64,000 nt of DNA from Octopus sinensis (Eukaryota). Below the pieces are notes generated by a model. The model was not told the DNA's origin. It searched no databases and saw only the letters and a program-made list of their open reading frames with translations. Positions 51,100-63,467 of this stretch are shown in pieces. The first letter of the stretch is position 1. The number at the start of each line of letters is the position of its first letter. The stretch is taken from assembly GCF_006345805.1 (NCBI RefSeq), contig NC_043009.1, forward strand, positions 56,854,001 through 56,918,000, read 5' to 3'. A program made the translations under genes and the position numbers.

Positions 51100-51850
51100 G
51101 CCGAAGCATCAGAATGTTGGTATCCAGCTCCGTTTTCCGTCGACGGTTTATCACGTCGTTTGCCCTCTGTATTCAGTATTCACGACGCTATTTCATCAGT
51201 GTCGCTTCTTGGACTTGCGTTCAAATCAGAAATAATAAACCAGTTAAATGACACCGTACGCAACCTTAAATTTATTCTGGTCAACATGCGACTGATACTT
51301 GTGGGCAATGCCTATATTTTCGGCTCCCTTGATTCACTAGAAAGCTGTCCAACAATGTCTGCAAACAAAGCGTGAGAATATGACAAGGATTGCCCAGAAT
51401 TTGTGCCTGGTTACTTATCATCGAATTTGCTTTCTGTAGTAGAACTGCTCCACTCTTTCAAAACTCTCTTTTCACTGCGCAGTTCACCCATACTATTTTT
51501 AATTAGACATCTCCACCAACTCGACGTCTCCATTTGCTCGTAAGTGGAATTCATCTGCAACATCATTTTCAACGATATGGGCTGGCAGTCTTTCCCATTG
51601 CCGGGCTTTCCCATTTCTCATTTCCCATTTCCCCTATGGTTTTCAACAGTTCACACGTCTACGAAGTTCTCTGTAATATTCCCGAGCCTAGTGTGGAATG
51701 TGAGTATGAGAGTGCGCTGACTGATTACGTTTGCTATGGTTTCACTGTCAACATAATCACAACGATCCAGTAACTCTTTCTGACTAACCTCGTTTTTATT
51801 TCCGAACTGTCTCATAATCAAACAAGGGCATCTCCCCATCAACCGGCATC
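51100..51850 (-). pseudogene. Decayed non-LTR reverse transcriptase fragment
   Basis: GKDCQPISL (YRPISL-like), RQFG, LFADIV (YADD-like); many frameshifts. Confidence 0.45.
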
Positions 51851-51989
51851 CTTCTCAACGATGAATACACACTCATCAAAGTTCTCCTATGTCTTACTTG
51901 CTATGCTTATGAACTACAAAAATTGCACTGTGGAACTACTGTCGGCATGTCCAGACTGCGTTCGTTCTCTTTCATTACAGTATAGGACG

Positions 51990-52310
51990 TTTTCTGGCAT
52001 AGGGTGGGTGGGTGGTGAAGAGCTGCCCAGGATCCTTGTCTGTTTTGGCATTGCTTCAACAGGTGGCATCTGCACAGGTGCTTTTTTATATGGCACCAGC
52101 ACCAACAAGGCCACAAGATTAGGAATGTTTTGCTGAAAAAGGATGTAGGGGACATGCCTGTATGCAAGGATGTATACTTGATGTGTCTTTCCAGGCACAG
52201 AAATCCACCAGTCTCCTGTCATTCCCTCTGTGAGGTTCAACATCTGAAGATCCTTTCTCACCACTTTGTCCCATGTCTTCCTGGGAGTACCCCTTCCACA
52301 CGTTCCCCCC
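51990..52310 (-). mobile_element. RTE-clade LINE 3' fragment
   Basis: GRGTPRKTWDKVVRKDLQMLNLTEGM followed by a UTR containing GGTGCTGGTGCCA.ATAAAAAGCACC. Confidence 0.6.
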
Positions 52311-52311
52311 T

Positions 52312-53179
52312 GAGGCATTACTTGAAGACAATCCTGCATTATCATTTGAAGAATTTGCAATAAAGCTTAGTTCAAACCATACAACTGTTCATCGTCATCT
52401 TCAACAACTTGGGAAGGTTCTTAAACTTGGAAAATCGGTGCCTCATGAATTGTCCGAAAGCAACCACAAATCCCGAGTTGACATCTGCTCTTCTCTCCAT
52501 TCTTGTGAACTCATTTCACCCTTTTTAGATAGACTTGTGACTGGTGACGAAAAATGGATCCTCTATCGAAATGTTAAATGTTGTAAACAGTGGCTTGGTA
52601 AAAGGGAAAAAGCCCAACCACAACCAAGACAGGAAATTCATGGGAAAAAGGTTCTTCTCTCTATCTGGTGGGATTGCAAAGGAGTAATTCACTTTGAATT
52701 GTTACCACCTAATGCGACAATCAATGCTCAACTCTACTGTCAGCAATTAGAACGTTTGAACCAAGCTTTGAAGAAAAAAGACCTACTTTAGTGAATCAAA
52801 AAGGAGTGATGCTTCATCAGGACAATGCGCGACTCTACACTGCAAAGATCACATCACAGAAGATCGAAGAGCTTGATTGGGAAAAAATTCCTCATCCACC
52901 TTATTCTCCTGACCTTGCTCCTTCAGACTACCATTGTTTTGTAGTTTACAGAATCATTTGGGGGACATAAGCCAGGAGGAGGTCGAAACTGAATTTTCAG
53001 TTCTTTGCTTTGAAACCAAAAGAGTTTTACATTGATGGGATTAACAAGCTTGTAAATAGATGGAAGGAAGTCATAGATAATCAGGGAAAGTACATTGATG
53101 ATTAAATTTCAGTTAAATATAACATTGATCACTTGCTTTCTTTATTCAAAATTCGGACAGAACTTATGGGACGACCTGA
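52312..53179 (+). mobile_element. Mariner (Mos1-like) element, 5'-truncated, frameshifted transposase
   Basis: HTH, LGKSVPHEL, DRLVTGDEKWILY, KKVLLSIWWD, HQDNAR, YSPDLAPSDYH; right TIR GAACTTATGGGACGACCTGA followed by TA. Confidence 0.9.
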
Positions 53180-53816
53180 TATATATATATTTCCGAATTT
53201 GTGTGAATGTGTTTGGAATAATATATCACTTGAATAAAGTTAAAACATGGTCTGGTTTTCACGTTTTTTATTATGGTATTTCAACATTAAAATATATTTT
53301 GTAATGTCCATAAAGTTCAATTAGTGCTTTCATATATTTGGTAGTAATCTTCAGATTTCAAATGTATTTAACTATCAGTTGAGTTCTTGACAACTGTTGT
53401 ACTTCTTAGAATGCTCCAACGAGCCGAATTTATGGAATACAGTTTTGACTAATCCACATGTAGCTTAAATGTCACAGTTTGCCAGGCATACCGATATTCT
53501 GTAATTTGTTTATATTCATATGTTAAAATGCATCTTTAAATTAATGTTGATACTAAGCAGGCTCTTCAGGTTAAAAGAAATCCATGTTAAAAATAATCCC
53601 ACCACAATATTTCAGAAACACAGTCAATTTTTTAAAATCTTAGAAAATAAGGATAAAATTAATAGAAATTAATAAGACAAGAGAAGGGAAAGTTAATAGA
53701 ATATCAAAAAGTCCAATAATCATTATTGGTATCTATATAACATCAAAATTCGGCTCACTATTATATTCAAGTGGTTGAATATACCACTAGTTACTTTTTG
53801 GTATCTTTATTCATTA

Positions 53817-55493
53817 CAGTAGAACCTCACAGTACAAGTGTACCATTGAATGAGTAATTTGCTGTACGAGCCAAGGCTCATGTGAATTTTTTTGTTTTGG
53901 AGTACAAGTGAAAATCAGCAATACAAGCGAGTTTTATACAAGCAACCACTAGTTGGTGCTGAGCTCGTACATGCTTTCCCACCAAGTGCAACCTGCACTG
54001 GCTCTGTTCACGTGTTTATCTCATTGTGGCAGCATCCCTGTTGTGTTTTTCCCAGTGTTTTTGTTTAGTTTTGTGCATTCTTTTCTATCATTTTATAATA
54101 ATTAGTTGTGTTAGCCATGGGTCCTAAGAAGGTTAGTGTAAAAAACAGTGCTGAGAAGAAGAAAAAGCTGATTATGATAGAATTGAAGAAAGAAATCATT
54201 GATAAACATGAGAGAGGAATGCATGTAGTAGACACAGCACATCAATACGACTGAAGTATGTCAACAAACTCCACCATCCAATCTGAATTAAAAGGATGAG
54301 ATGAAGGTTGTTACAACAAGCTCTCCTTGCAATGTACATCTGTCCACAAAGTGATGGAAAAATTGCTTCTCCTGTGGATCAATGAAAAGCAACTTGCAGG
54401 GGACAAGATTATGGAGACCATCATCTGTAAGAAAGCACAAGCACTGTACGGGGATCTTTTGAAGCAGATCCCTGGAACATTGACGGAGGAGACATCAGTA
54501 GACACATTTAAGGCCAGTTGTGGCTGGTTTGAGAGTTTCAAGAAGGGGACTGGTGTTCATAACGTCATCAGGTACGGAGAAGCAAAGAGTTCTGACATGA
54601 AGGCAGGATGTAATGAGAATAATGCTGAATTCTGCATGATGCAAGCTGCGGCCTGACTGCATATCCAAAAGAGACTTCAAGAGGTCTGAGTTTGAGACAC
54701 CTGCAGTAGAGGAGGTAGTGTCTCTTGACAAGTTCATGGCCTAGAGATTGGCAATGGGGACATTAACAATCTTGTCGAGGAACACTCAGAGGAATTGATG
54801 ACAGATGAACTCCTACAGCTTCAAAAACAGCAGCATTTGGATGCAGTGGAAGAGATTTTGTTCCCAGAGGAAATCAGTGAAGCAGGGAAGGTTATCTCAA
54901 TGAGTGACATAAAGTCAGCATTGGCAAAGTGGCAGTATGTTTCTGAATTTGTAGAAAATATCATCCTGAAAAAGTATCTACAAGTCATGCAGCTACTTTA
55001 TTTAATGACACTGCTCTGACACATTTTTGTAACATTTTAGAAAGCAGGAAAAAGCAGGCTTATCTTGATATGTTGCTAGTGAAACGACCTGCACATGTGA
55101 AAAGTGAAGAAAGTGTGTCCAAAAAGCCTAACTGGAGTGAAGTGAGAGAGAAAATGCCTGAAACTGTTCTTCCGGAAGTCTTAATGGCAGATTTTCCTTC
55201 CAGATAATAACCCAATTCCTCCCTGCTCCATCATCTTTCTCACACAAAAATCGTCCCATCTTAATAAAACCAGTTCACATATTTCTTTTATTATATTCTT
55301 ATAATTGCCTTGTAACTGCTCCTTTTCTGTTTTAAAACCCACAAAAATTATTTGGGGGTAGTGTTTTTGAAACTGGAATGGATTAATTATATTTTAATAA
55401 ATTTCAATGGAGAATATTGATTAGTAAAATGAGTAAATCATAAAACAAGCTCAGTCATGGAATGAATTAAACGTGTACTGCCAGGTATCACTG
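53817..55493 (+). mobile_element. Tigger/pogo element with decayed CENP-B-like transposase
   Basis: TA-CAGTAGAACCTC ... AGGTATCACTG-TA; MGPKKV..IELKKEIIDKHERG; EKLLLLWINEKQLAGD..FKASCGWFESFKK..HNVIRYGEAKS. Confidence 0.85.
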
Positions 55494-55553
55494 TATAAAT
55501 TTTAAAACAGTAGAAAGACTGTTACAACTAAACAGTTTTTTAGTGATTGAAGA

Positions 55554-55629
55554 TCAGCACGCAACACAGGAACTAAATGAAGTAGACATTTGTCTGAACA
55601 CATTAATCTTTGAAGAATTATTTTCTAGT
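55554..55629 (-). CDS. Hypothetical terminal exon (LENNSSKINVFRQMSTSFSSCVAC*)
   Basis: Strong acceptor TTTTTTCATTTTCTTTTACAG; open only in phase 2. Confidence 0.25.
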
Positions 55630-56524
55630 CTGTAAAAGAAAATGAAAAAATTCATTTGATATATATTCATGATAATAAAACAAAACAAAGCAAAAAAATC
55701 ATCCTCAAAGCAATGCTCTAGTATGGCCACAATTCAGTGGTTGAAACAAGAAAAAGATAAAACATAAAATTTGGATTTAGAGATGAAATTATTTCAGAGA
55801 GAGAGAGATGATAAATTAAAAACTTACTGGATTAGATTTTTCTTCAAAAAGAAAAAAAAAAAAATGAAGGAAAATATCATTACTCATTTATGATGCCATG
55901 CAGTTGACATAATTAATTCAATGCATGAATAATTATTTATAGATGTTTAAAACATTGTTAATCATACTTTAGAATATTTTGGGGTAAAACCTCCAAATTG
56001 ATGGCAACACATAAGACCAACTGAATCATCATTATTTTCAGGTATAGTCCTATGAGCTGCATAGAAATAGATGCTAAGACTGAGCCTTCCACTGGACAGT
56101 CGAGGGTAATTTCCACTACTGTTGACTGATATTACAACAACCCCCATAACTGAGCCAGATACTAGTGCCAAATATCTCATCGTACGCCAGCCAGGTACTG
56201 CATATTATAGTGCTCCCTATATTCCGTTAACTACCTGTCCACCTAAACACAAGTGTAATTTCAAACCTGGAAAAAACTATCCCTTGAACAGAAGTCATGA
56301 CCAAGTTAATATGGTATGTCAGTGTGTGGTAACTAGATATTATATAGGAAGATCAGAATTTCAACTCATATACATACCTTTCGTAATGTTAGTATGAAAT
56401 CTATACCTCCTTACCTGAATATTTTCACTCACTCAATTCTCAAAACTTTAACTACAAAACTAAATAGTATATTCTGGCCAAAGCCCAACCTTATAGTGGT
56501 AACCAGATATATTGCAAACCTTAC

Positions 56525-56543
56525 CTCCATGAAATTCTGTTTG
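56525..56543 (-). CDS. Candidate 19-nt micro-exon
   Basis: TTTTTTTCCTTATCAG|CAAACAGAATTTCATGGAG|GTAAGG. Confidence 0.3.
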
Positions 56544-56944
56544 CTGATAAGGAAAAAAACACACATTAAGATTTACATTCATGAACTTTATGAGAGAGAA
56601 TAATTAATCCTAATTAACATAGTTTTTATTTAATTTAATGAAATTAATTATTAATAAGTTTTTTTTAATGATTTCATTTTATTATCTCATTTTTATTTTA
56701 TGTTTTTCTTAATCTTACTTTATTCAGGCTTATACTATTTAAAATTATTGTATTCTTTATTTTATTTTACATTATCTAATCTTTGTATTCATATTTTATG
56801 TTATCATCTTCTCTAAACTGTTTTAGTTGATCATATTCTAACCAAAGTCCTTCAATTCATTTTGTTTTTTCAGTCAATTTGCATTTATATATGCATGTGT
56901 GTGTGGTGTGTGTGTGTGTGTTGTGTGTGTGTGTGTGTGTTTTG

Positions 56945-57310
56945 GAGGGTACAGAGTTCCACTTCAAACAAGGTGAAATATCTAAGATAAAATCAAATTT
57001 CACCTGTGCCTCAGAAAACCTAATGTATGCTATTGTTATTACCAGCTTAGGGTGCAGAAATCACTATATAGGCCAAACAGGAATGTCACTCCAATGAAGA
57101 ACAACTCCTCACAAAGAACAAATCCGCTACCCACAATACAGACAGATACAGGTCAGTGAACACATAGAAAGATGTGCTAGAAACTTTAAACCCAGCTTCC
57201 TAATTTTCCCTTTCTATCAATGTTCATGGAACACCTCAGTACAGCAAAGATTAAATAAAGAGGCAAGTCTCATTAATAAATATCATCCACAACTCAACAT
57301 GAAAACATAA
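56945..57310 (+). pseudogene. Penelope-like GIY-YIG endonuclease remnant
   Basis: FTCASENLMYAIV..GCRNHYIGQTGMSLQ*RTTPHKEQI..VSEHIERC..IFPFYQ..RLNKEASLINKYHPQLNMKT*; a single in-frame stop. Confidence 0.8.
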
Positions 57311-58166
57311 CTTAATACAGGACACTACTAACCTTACCAATAATACCACTAATTTCCATACATCCCATACACCATCCATATTGCAGTATTTATATCTACC
57401 TTAATTGCATCAATTCCAGAACTGCTAACCTCTCTTGCATGTAATATTTTCACTCAGGTACTATTAGACCTGACACCGTTTGGATATTGGTGTTCATTCA
57501 AAATCAGTGAACAGCTTTTGATGATACCGGTATGACTTTGAATCTTTTTAATAATTTATAATAATTGATGTCCAACATATTTTGCAGCTAGTTTTAGTGG
57601 ATCAGACAACCATGAAAAGTCTGCCTTGTGCCCTCTGAGATAAATAGGTAAAACGTAGTTCATTCCTTCAGACTAATTGAAAACTAAATATGTCTGAAAA
57701 CTTGTTGGGTTGTCATGTAAATTGTAGAGGTTTTAACCTTAATTCTGTCCTACACTGAACAATGTTGTCCAGGAAATCCAATGTTTAAGATGATTACATA
57801 TGTCTAAACAAAAGAGAACAATGACAAGAATGTCCTTCAAACTTTCATTTCATATTTGAAAAAAATATTCAGACAATGAATATTCACAAGAAAAAAGAAA
57901 CAGGTTCGACTGGAAACAAGCAAACTTGGAATACCAGATATCAAAGTCTTTCATTTATAATGTGTGTGTGTGTGTGTGTGTATTTGTATCTGTGTATATA
58001 TATCTATATATATACTCTAAGTATTTGAACACAGGTTTACATTCATATAAATACAGCTACCCACATGACCTGTTAATCTACAAGATATCTGTCAAATACT
58101 GTAGTGATTCTTCCAGGACATTCACTTATAGGTTAGAGAGAGACATTAAAAGTGATTCATACTTAC

Positions 58167-58241
58167 TGCTATGGTTTTCTTGAGTTTCTTGTGGAAATTT
58201 ATTAACATCACTTTGTCTCCTTTTTTGATTTGCTCTATGCA
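58167..58241 (-). CDS. Candidate 75-nt symmetric exon, copy 1
   Basis: TTTATGTTGTAG|...|GTAAGT; open in phase 1 (HRANQKRRQSDVNKFPQETQENHS) and phase 0. Confidence 0.4.
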
Positions 58242-58862
58242 CTACAACATAAATACATAAGTCTGTGTAAATTTAGTTTGTGTGTGCATGTGTGTGTATG
58301 TATAAATGGAACTGTTTATAAATATATATATATAGGCACAGGTGTAGCTATTGTGGTAAGCATTGGTTCCCAAATACATGGTTCCAGGTTCAATGACATT
58401 TGAGTGGATTTGATAGATAGAAACTGGTTGAGCAAACCTATGATCAAGGGTTTACTCTTTCAGAATATCTGTTCCAATTAGTCTTCTTATTCTAAGACAA
58501 TGGAATATAATGTCCAACAGATTTTGCACCTAGTTTTAGTGTATCAGACAACCATGAAAATTCTGCCTTGTTCCCTCCAAGTTAAATTGGTAAAACATAG
58601 TTCATTCCTTCAGACTAAATGAAAACTAAATATATCTGAAAACTTGTTGGGTTGTCATGTAAATTGTAGAGGTTTTAACCTTAATCCTGTCCTACTGTCT
58701 TAAAAGAGAGAAGACACATTGAACAATGTAGTCCAGGGTATCCAATGCTTAAGATGATTACATATATCTATATCAATTTGAAAATCTAGTTTCCATAGTT
58801 TCTTGTAAATTTAATAAAAGAAAGTCAAAATTTAACATTTAAATCATTACTATCAAAATAAA

Positions 58863-58945
58863 GCTGGAGTATAACATAAATTCTAGAGTATAACGTAAAT
58901 GCTGGAGTATATATCATAAATTCTGGAGTATAACATAAATTCTGG
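58863..58945. repeat. 21-bp tandem repeat, four units
   Basis: CTGGAGTATAACATAAATT-type units. Confidence 0.8.
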
Positions 58946-59193
58946 ATTTGTGTCACCGAAGGCATCTTTACAGTAATTCAGATTGCTAGAAACAGTAACC
59001 AAATTGCCATATAATGATACACTACCATATGAAAAAAGTTTGATGCATTAGATTTAAACATATCACAAGATAAAAGATAAGATGGCAGAGGAATGAATGC
59101 CTTTCACCATCAATCTACTTGAGTAGCTATGGTTCACAGCTAAAGAACACCAAAGAGGACATTAGAAAGGGTTATAATAAAAAGCATTCATAC

Positions 59194-59214
59194 CATCTGA
59201 ATTCTGTTCATCAC
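59194..59214 (-). CDS. Candidate 21-nt symmetric micro-exon (DEQNSD)
   Basis: TTTTTGTTTATGTTTACAG|GTGATGAACAGAATTCAGATG|GTATGA. Confidence 0.35.
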
Positions 59215-59793
59215 CTGTAAACATAAACAAAAAGCAACAATTAGAAAGTGAAAATATAATCATTTAATCACTTTATATGGTAATTGTCTGGCAAGGTCAA
59301 TAGAATAATGCAAAGGTTGAATCAAATAGCAGTGATCAACCTGATATGTATGGTGGATCAATGAAACCCACAGGAAATGTACTACAATTTGTTGGAGTTT
59401 ATATGGTTCATGCATGCAACAAGTCCTCACAAATTCAAAATTACCTGGTCTTTTATAGATAATGCCCAACTTTACAGGAAAGGAAGGGTCAAATCAAAGA
59501 TGCAGTGTGACCATTGTTTGATCAAATATTTGAGAATTTTGTCACATGGCACCAAGAGTTTGAACAAAACAAATTAATTGTTTACGTTTTGTATGCATGT
59601 GGCTATCTTTTATGCAAACACAATTCTCCTTCAATTTCATTCTAGGAGCTAAAAAAAGGCTAATTTTTGAAATGTTTAAGGGACAGATTTAATTGATAGA
59701 TTTTATTCATATAATCTGTCAAATACTGTAGTGATTCTTCCAGGACATTCACTTATAGGTTAGAGAGAGACATTAAAAGTGATTCATACTTAC

Positions 59794-59868
59794 TGCTATG
59801 GTTTTCTTGAGTTTCTTGTGGAAATTTATTAACATCACTTTGTCTCCTTTTTTGATTTGCACTATGCA
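59794..59868 (-). CDS. Candidate 75-nt symmetric exon, copy 2
   Basis: Duplicate of 58167-58241 (offset 1627 bp), one substitution, splice sites intact. Confidence 0.4.
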
Positions 59869-60360
59869 CTACAACATAAATACATAAGTCTGGTGAAAAT
59901 TTAGTTTGTGTGTGCATGTGTGTGTGTGTGTGTGTATGTATAAATGGAACTGTTTATAAATATATATATATAGGCACAGGTGTAACTATTGTGGTAAGCA
60001 TTGCTTCCCAAATACATGGTTCCAGGTGCAGTGACATTGCATGGCACCTTGGGCAAATGTCCTCACAAATTCAAAATTACCTGGTCTTTTATAGATAATG
60101 CCCAACTTTACAGGAAAGGAAGGGTCAAATCAAAGATGCAGTGTGACCTTTGTTTGATCAAATAGTAGAGAATTTTGTCATGTGGCACCAAGAGTTTGAA
60201 CAAAACAAATTAATTGTTTACATTTTGTATGCATGTGGCTATCTTATATGCAAACACAATTCTCCTTCAATTTCATTCTAGGACCTAAAAAAGGCTAGTT
60301 TTTGAAATATTTAAGTGACAGATTTAAATGATAGATTTTATTCATATAAGTTTAAATGTG

Positions 60361-60391
<31 letters not shown>

Positions 60392-60985
60392 TGTGTGTGT
60401 GTGGTGTGTGTGTGTGTGTGTGTTTGCATGTCTATATGTGAGGATATGTATTCAAGCATATGTGTATATGTATACATGAATATATAATTCTGTGTATAAA
60501 TGTGTGTCTATGAGTGTACATGTCTCTCCATACATGTGTCTGCACAGGGCAATGCAAAATCAACATCCACATACATACTCATTGGTTTTTAAAGACATTA
60601 ATGAAATGTATTATTTAAATTTATTGTTTTGGAACATTGCTTAAACAGCAGCACATTTTCATGATTCCGATTGTGTGGAATCTATGACATTTTTATAATA
60701 ACATTACCAAGAGAACCAGGAAATAAATCAAGAGTTTGAGCTTGAAGCAGCCATTTTCACACATGTTTTTCTAATGGTTTCTAAACAAAAGAGCATGATG
60801 ATAAGAATGTCCTTCAAACTTTCATTTCGTAATTGAAACAATATTCAGACAGTGAATATTCAAAAGAAAAAAGAAACAGGCTTGACTGGAAACAAGCAGC
60901 TTGGAATACTAGACATCAGAGTCTTTCATTTATAATGTGTGTGTGTGTATATTTGTACGTATATATATATATATATTATATATAT

Positions 60986-61016
<31 letters not shown>

Positions 61017-61149
61017 GCATACAAACATACTTTCTCAGTGAAACTCAATTATAGATAATACCAAATGTACCTTTTCGGATTTTTCATAATGTGATGTAAG
61101 TCTTTGGTATAGCAATTGCATGCAGCTGAAGAGAGCTTTAAACAATCCG

Positions 61150-61188
<39 letters not shown>

Positions 61189-61304
61189 CTGTAACAAGTG
61201 GATTATAAGTGAATAAATCAGTGTATTGGCTATAGATTAACCTTTTTTAGCCCTTAATTATAAGATGTTTATACTTCAACTGTAAAGGTTTTTTTAAAAT
61301 ATAC

Positions 61305-61331
61305 TGCCATGCTTTTTGATGGAGTCCTTTT
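61305..61331 (-). CDS. Candidate 27-nt symmetric micro-exon (KDSIKKHG)
   Basis: CCCTTTCTCTACAG acceptor; weak GTATAT donor. Confidence 0.25.
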
Positions 61332-61807
61332 CTGTAGAGAAAGGGACTTCATCCTATATTGTTAGTAGTAAACTCACTGCTTGTTACAAGGGGACCGGTA
61401 ACCATTACAATATGTAGCGGCGATAGGTCAACACGTTGTTCTGAGACTGACCAAGGAATTTTTATTTTTAGATATAAATGATGTACTTAAATGTAGTTGT
61501 GTTTTTAGCTTCTGCTTTTTCCATGATCACATGTGAGTATTTTATTTATGTTCCCTTGTAAGCTCTACTGAAGAAGAATATATCCTTTATAGGGATTAAT
61601 TCTGAAATTGATTCAATATAGAGATAACGAAATTTAAATTTTCTAAAGGTTAGTTGCCCGCTTTCAGTTCAATTTTCCTGTAACAAGTGGATTATAAGTG
61701 GATAAATCAGTGTATTGGCTATAGATTAACCTTCTTTAGCCCTTAATTATAAGATATATATATATATATATATATATATGTTTATACATACACACACACA
61801 TATATAT

Positions 61808-63092
61808 ATGTCACCCCATAAATAATGTTTTTTTTATACTTCTTTTATTTTTTAAAATTAAGATAAACAAAGTTCTTTTTCAATCTAAAATATACACTCC
61901 TTCACTTTTTCTACAATGCTCTTCCATCTACCTGGTAGACTTGCAAAGCCTCTCTTCCAAAATTCACTTATCCATGGTGAAAAATACTCTGCCAGTGCTG
62001 TTCTAACCTCCTCTACAAAATTTATATTTTGCCATCCAAATGATTTTGAAGACTGCGAATAAATGATAATCAGATGGGGCAATGTCCAGTGAATATGGTG
62101 GGTGGGGCATCGTTTCCAATTCAAACTGCTCCAGTTCTTGAAATGTTATCCTCACTGTATGTGGCCAAGCATTATCTTGATGGAAGGACACCTTTCATCT
62201 TGAAACCAAAGATGGTCATTTTTCTTCAAGCGTTGACTTAAGCCACTCAAGCTGCTCACAGTCGATCTCCTTTGTTATTGTTTGGTTTGGGTTTAAAAGT
62301 TCAAAGTGGGCTAAACCTTTCATATCCCAACAAACAGAAAACAACATCTTATATGGGTGAAGACCTTCTTTAGTCTGGGGTGCCAGTGTTTCTCCTTTCC
62401 CTACCCACTGTCTTCAGTGCTTGAGATTTTTATAAAGAACCCATTTCTCATTACCAGTCACTGTTCGGTCCCAAAAAGGCTCATTTGTGAGATGTGACAG
62501 CAATGAAGAACACACATCCACTCCCTGTGCACAATAAGACTCAGAAAGTTTGTGAGGAATCCACTGACCCAATTTGCTGACTTTTCCAATGGCACGCAAG
62601 TGTCGATGAATGGTTGAATGACTAAATCTAAGCTTCTCAACTAGTTCCTCAACATTTATGATGGGATTTTCTTCTACCAGGGTTTGCAGGCTGTCCTTGT
62701 CTAGCTCTACAGATCTTGCAGGATGAGGCGTATCTTCTACCCTGTAGTTTCCAGCTCAGAATTTCTGGAACCACTGTTGAAACTGGCTTACACTTATTGT
62801 CTACTTCCCATATACTGCATTAATATTCCTCACGCTCTTTGTTGTATTGATGCCTTTATTAAACTGATAAAGCAAAATATGCCAAATATGTTCCTTTGTC
62901 TCTTCCATAATAGCTTTGAAAATATAAATTTTAAAATCAAACTGTACTCTTCAAAACTTGTACTAAAAATAAGCAGAAGGTAAAATTACTACCTGCTTTT
63001 ATAGCAAGTTGATGCAGGTAATTTATCCTGTCCGCTCCAGCTTTTAGTTCATGCAGTTGAAAAAAAAATGCATTATTTATGAGATGACCCAA
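61808..63092 (-). mobile_element. Near full-length decayed mariner element
   Basis: TIRs GTCA.C.CATAAATAATG at both ends; ATG at 62908 MEETKEHIWHILLYQFNKG; LGQWIPHKLS, VTGNEKWVLY, HQDNAWPH, YSLDIAPSDYHLF. Confidence 0.9.
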
Positions 63093-63095
63093 TAT

Positions 63096-63450
63096 ATGCA
63101 GGTATGGTTGTGTGGTAAGAAGCTTGTTTCCCAACCATATAGTTTCAGGTTCAGTTTCACTGCATGGCACCTTCGGCAAGTGTCTTCTACTACAGCCTCG
63201 GGCTAAGAAAAGCCTTGTGAGTGTATCTGGTAGGCAGAAACTGAAGGAAGCCCATTGTGTGTGTGTATATATATATATATTTATATGTACATTTTTGTGT
63301 GTATGTCTTTCTTTCTGTTTTTGTCCCCCCCCATCGTCACTTGACAATCAATGTGTTTAGGGCCCCTATCTCAGTGGTTTGGCAAAAGAGATTGTTAGAA
63401 TAAGTACAAGGCTTACAAAGAATAAGTTCTGGAGTTGATTTCGTTGACAT
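63096..63450 (+). mobile_element. SINE family A, CpG-depleted copy
   Basis: Aligns to 47702-48077 with CG changed to TG/CA at most CpG sites. Confidence 0.8.
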
Positions 63451-63467
63451 TATTGTATATATATATA

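Noticed and set aside
59578-59645. 63-nt minus-strand exon candidate (PRMKLKENCVCIKDSHMHTK)
   Set aside because: Weak GTAAAC donor, and the duplicate at about 60215-60280 has an in-frame TAA; left out of the gene model.
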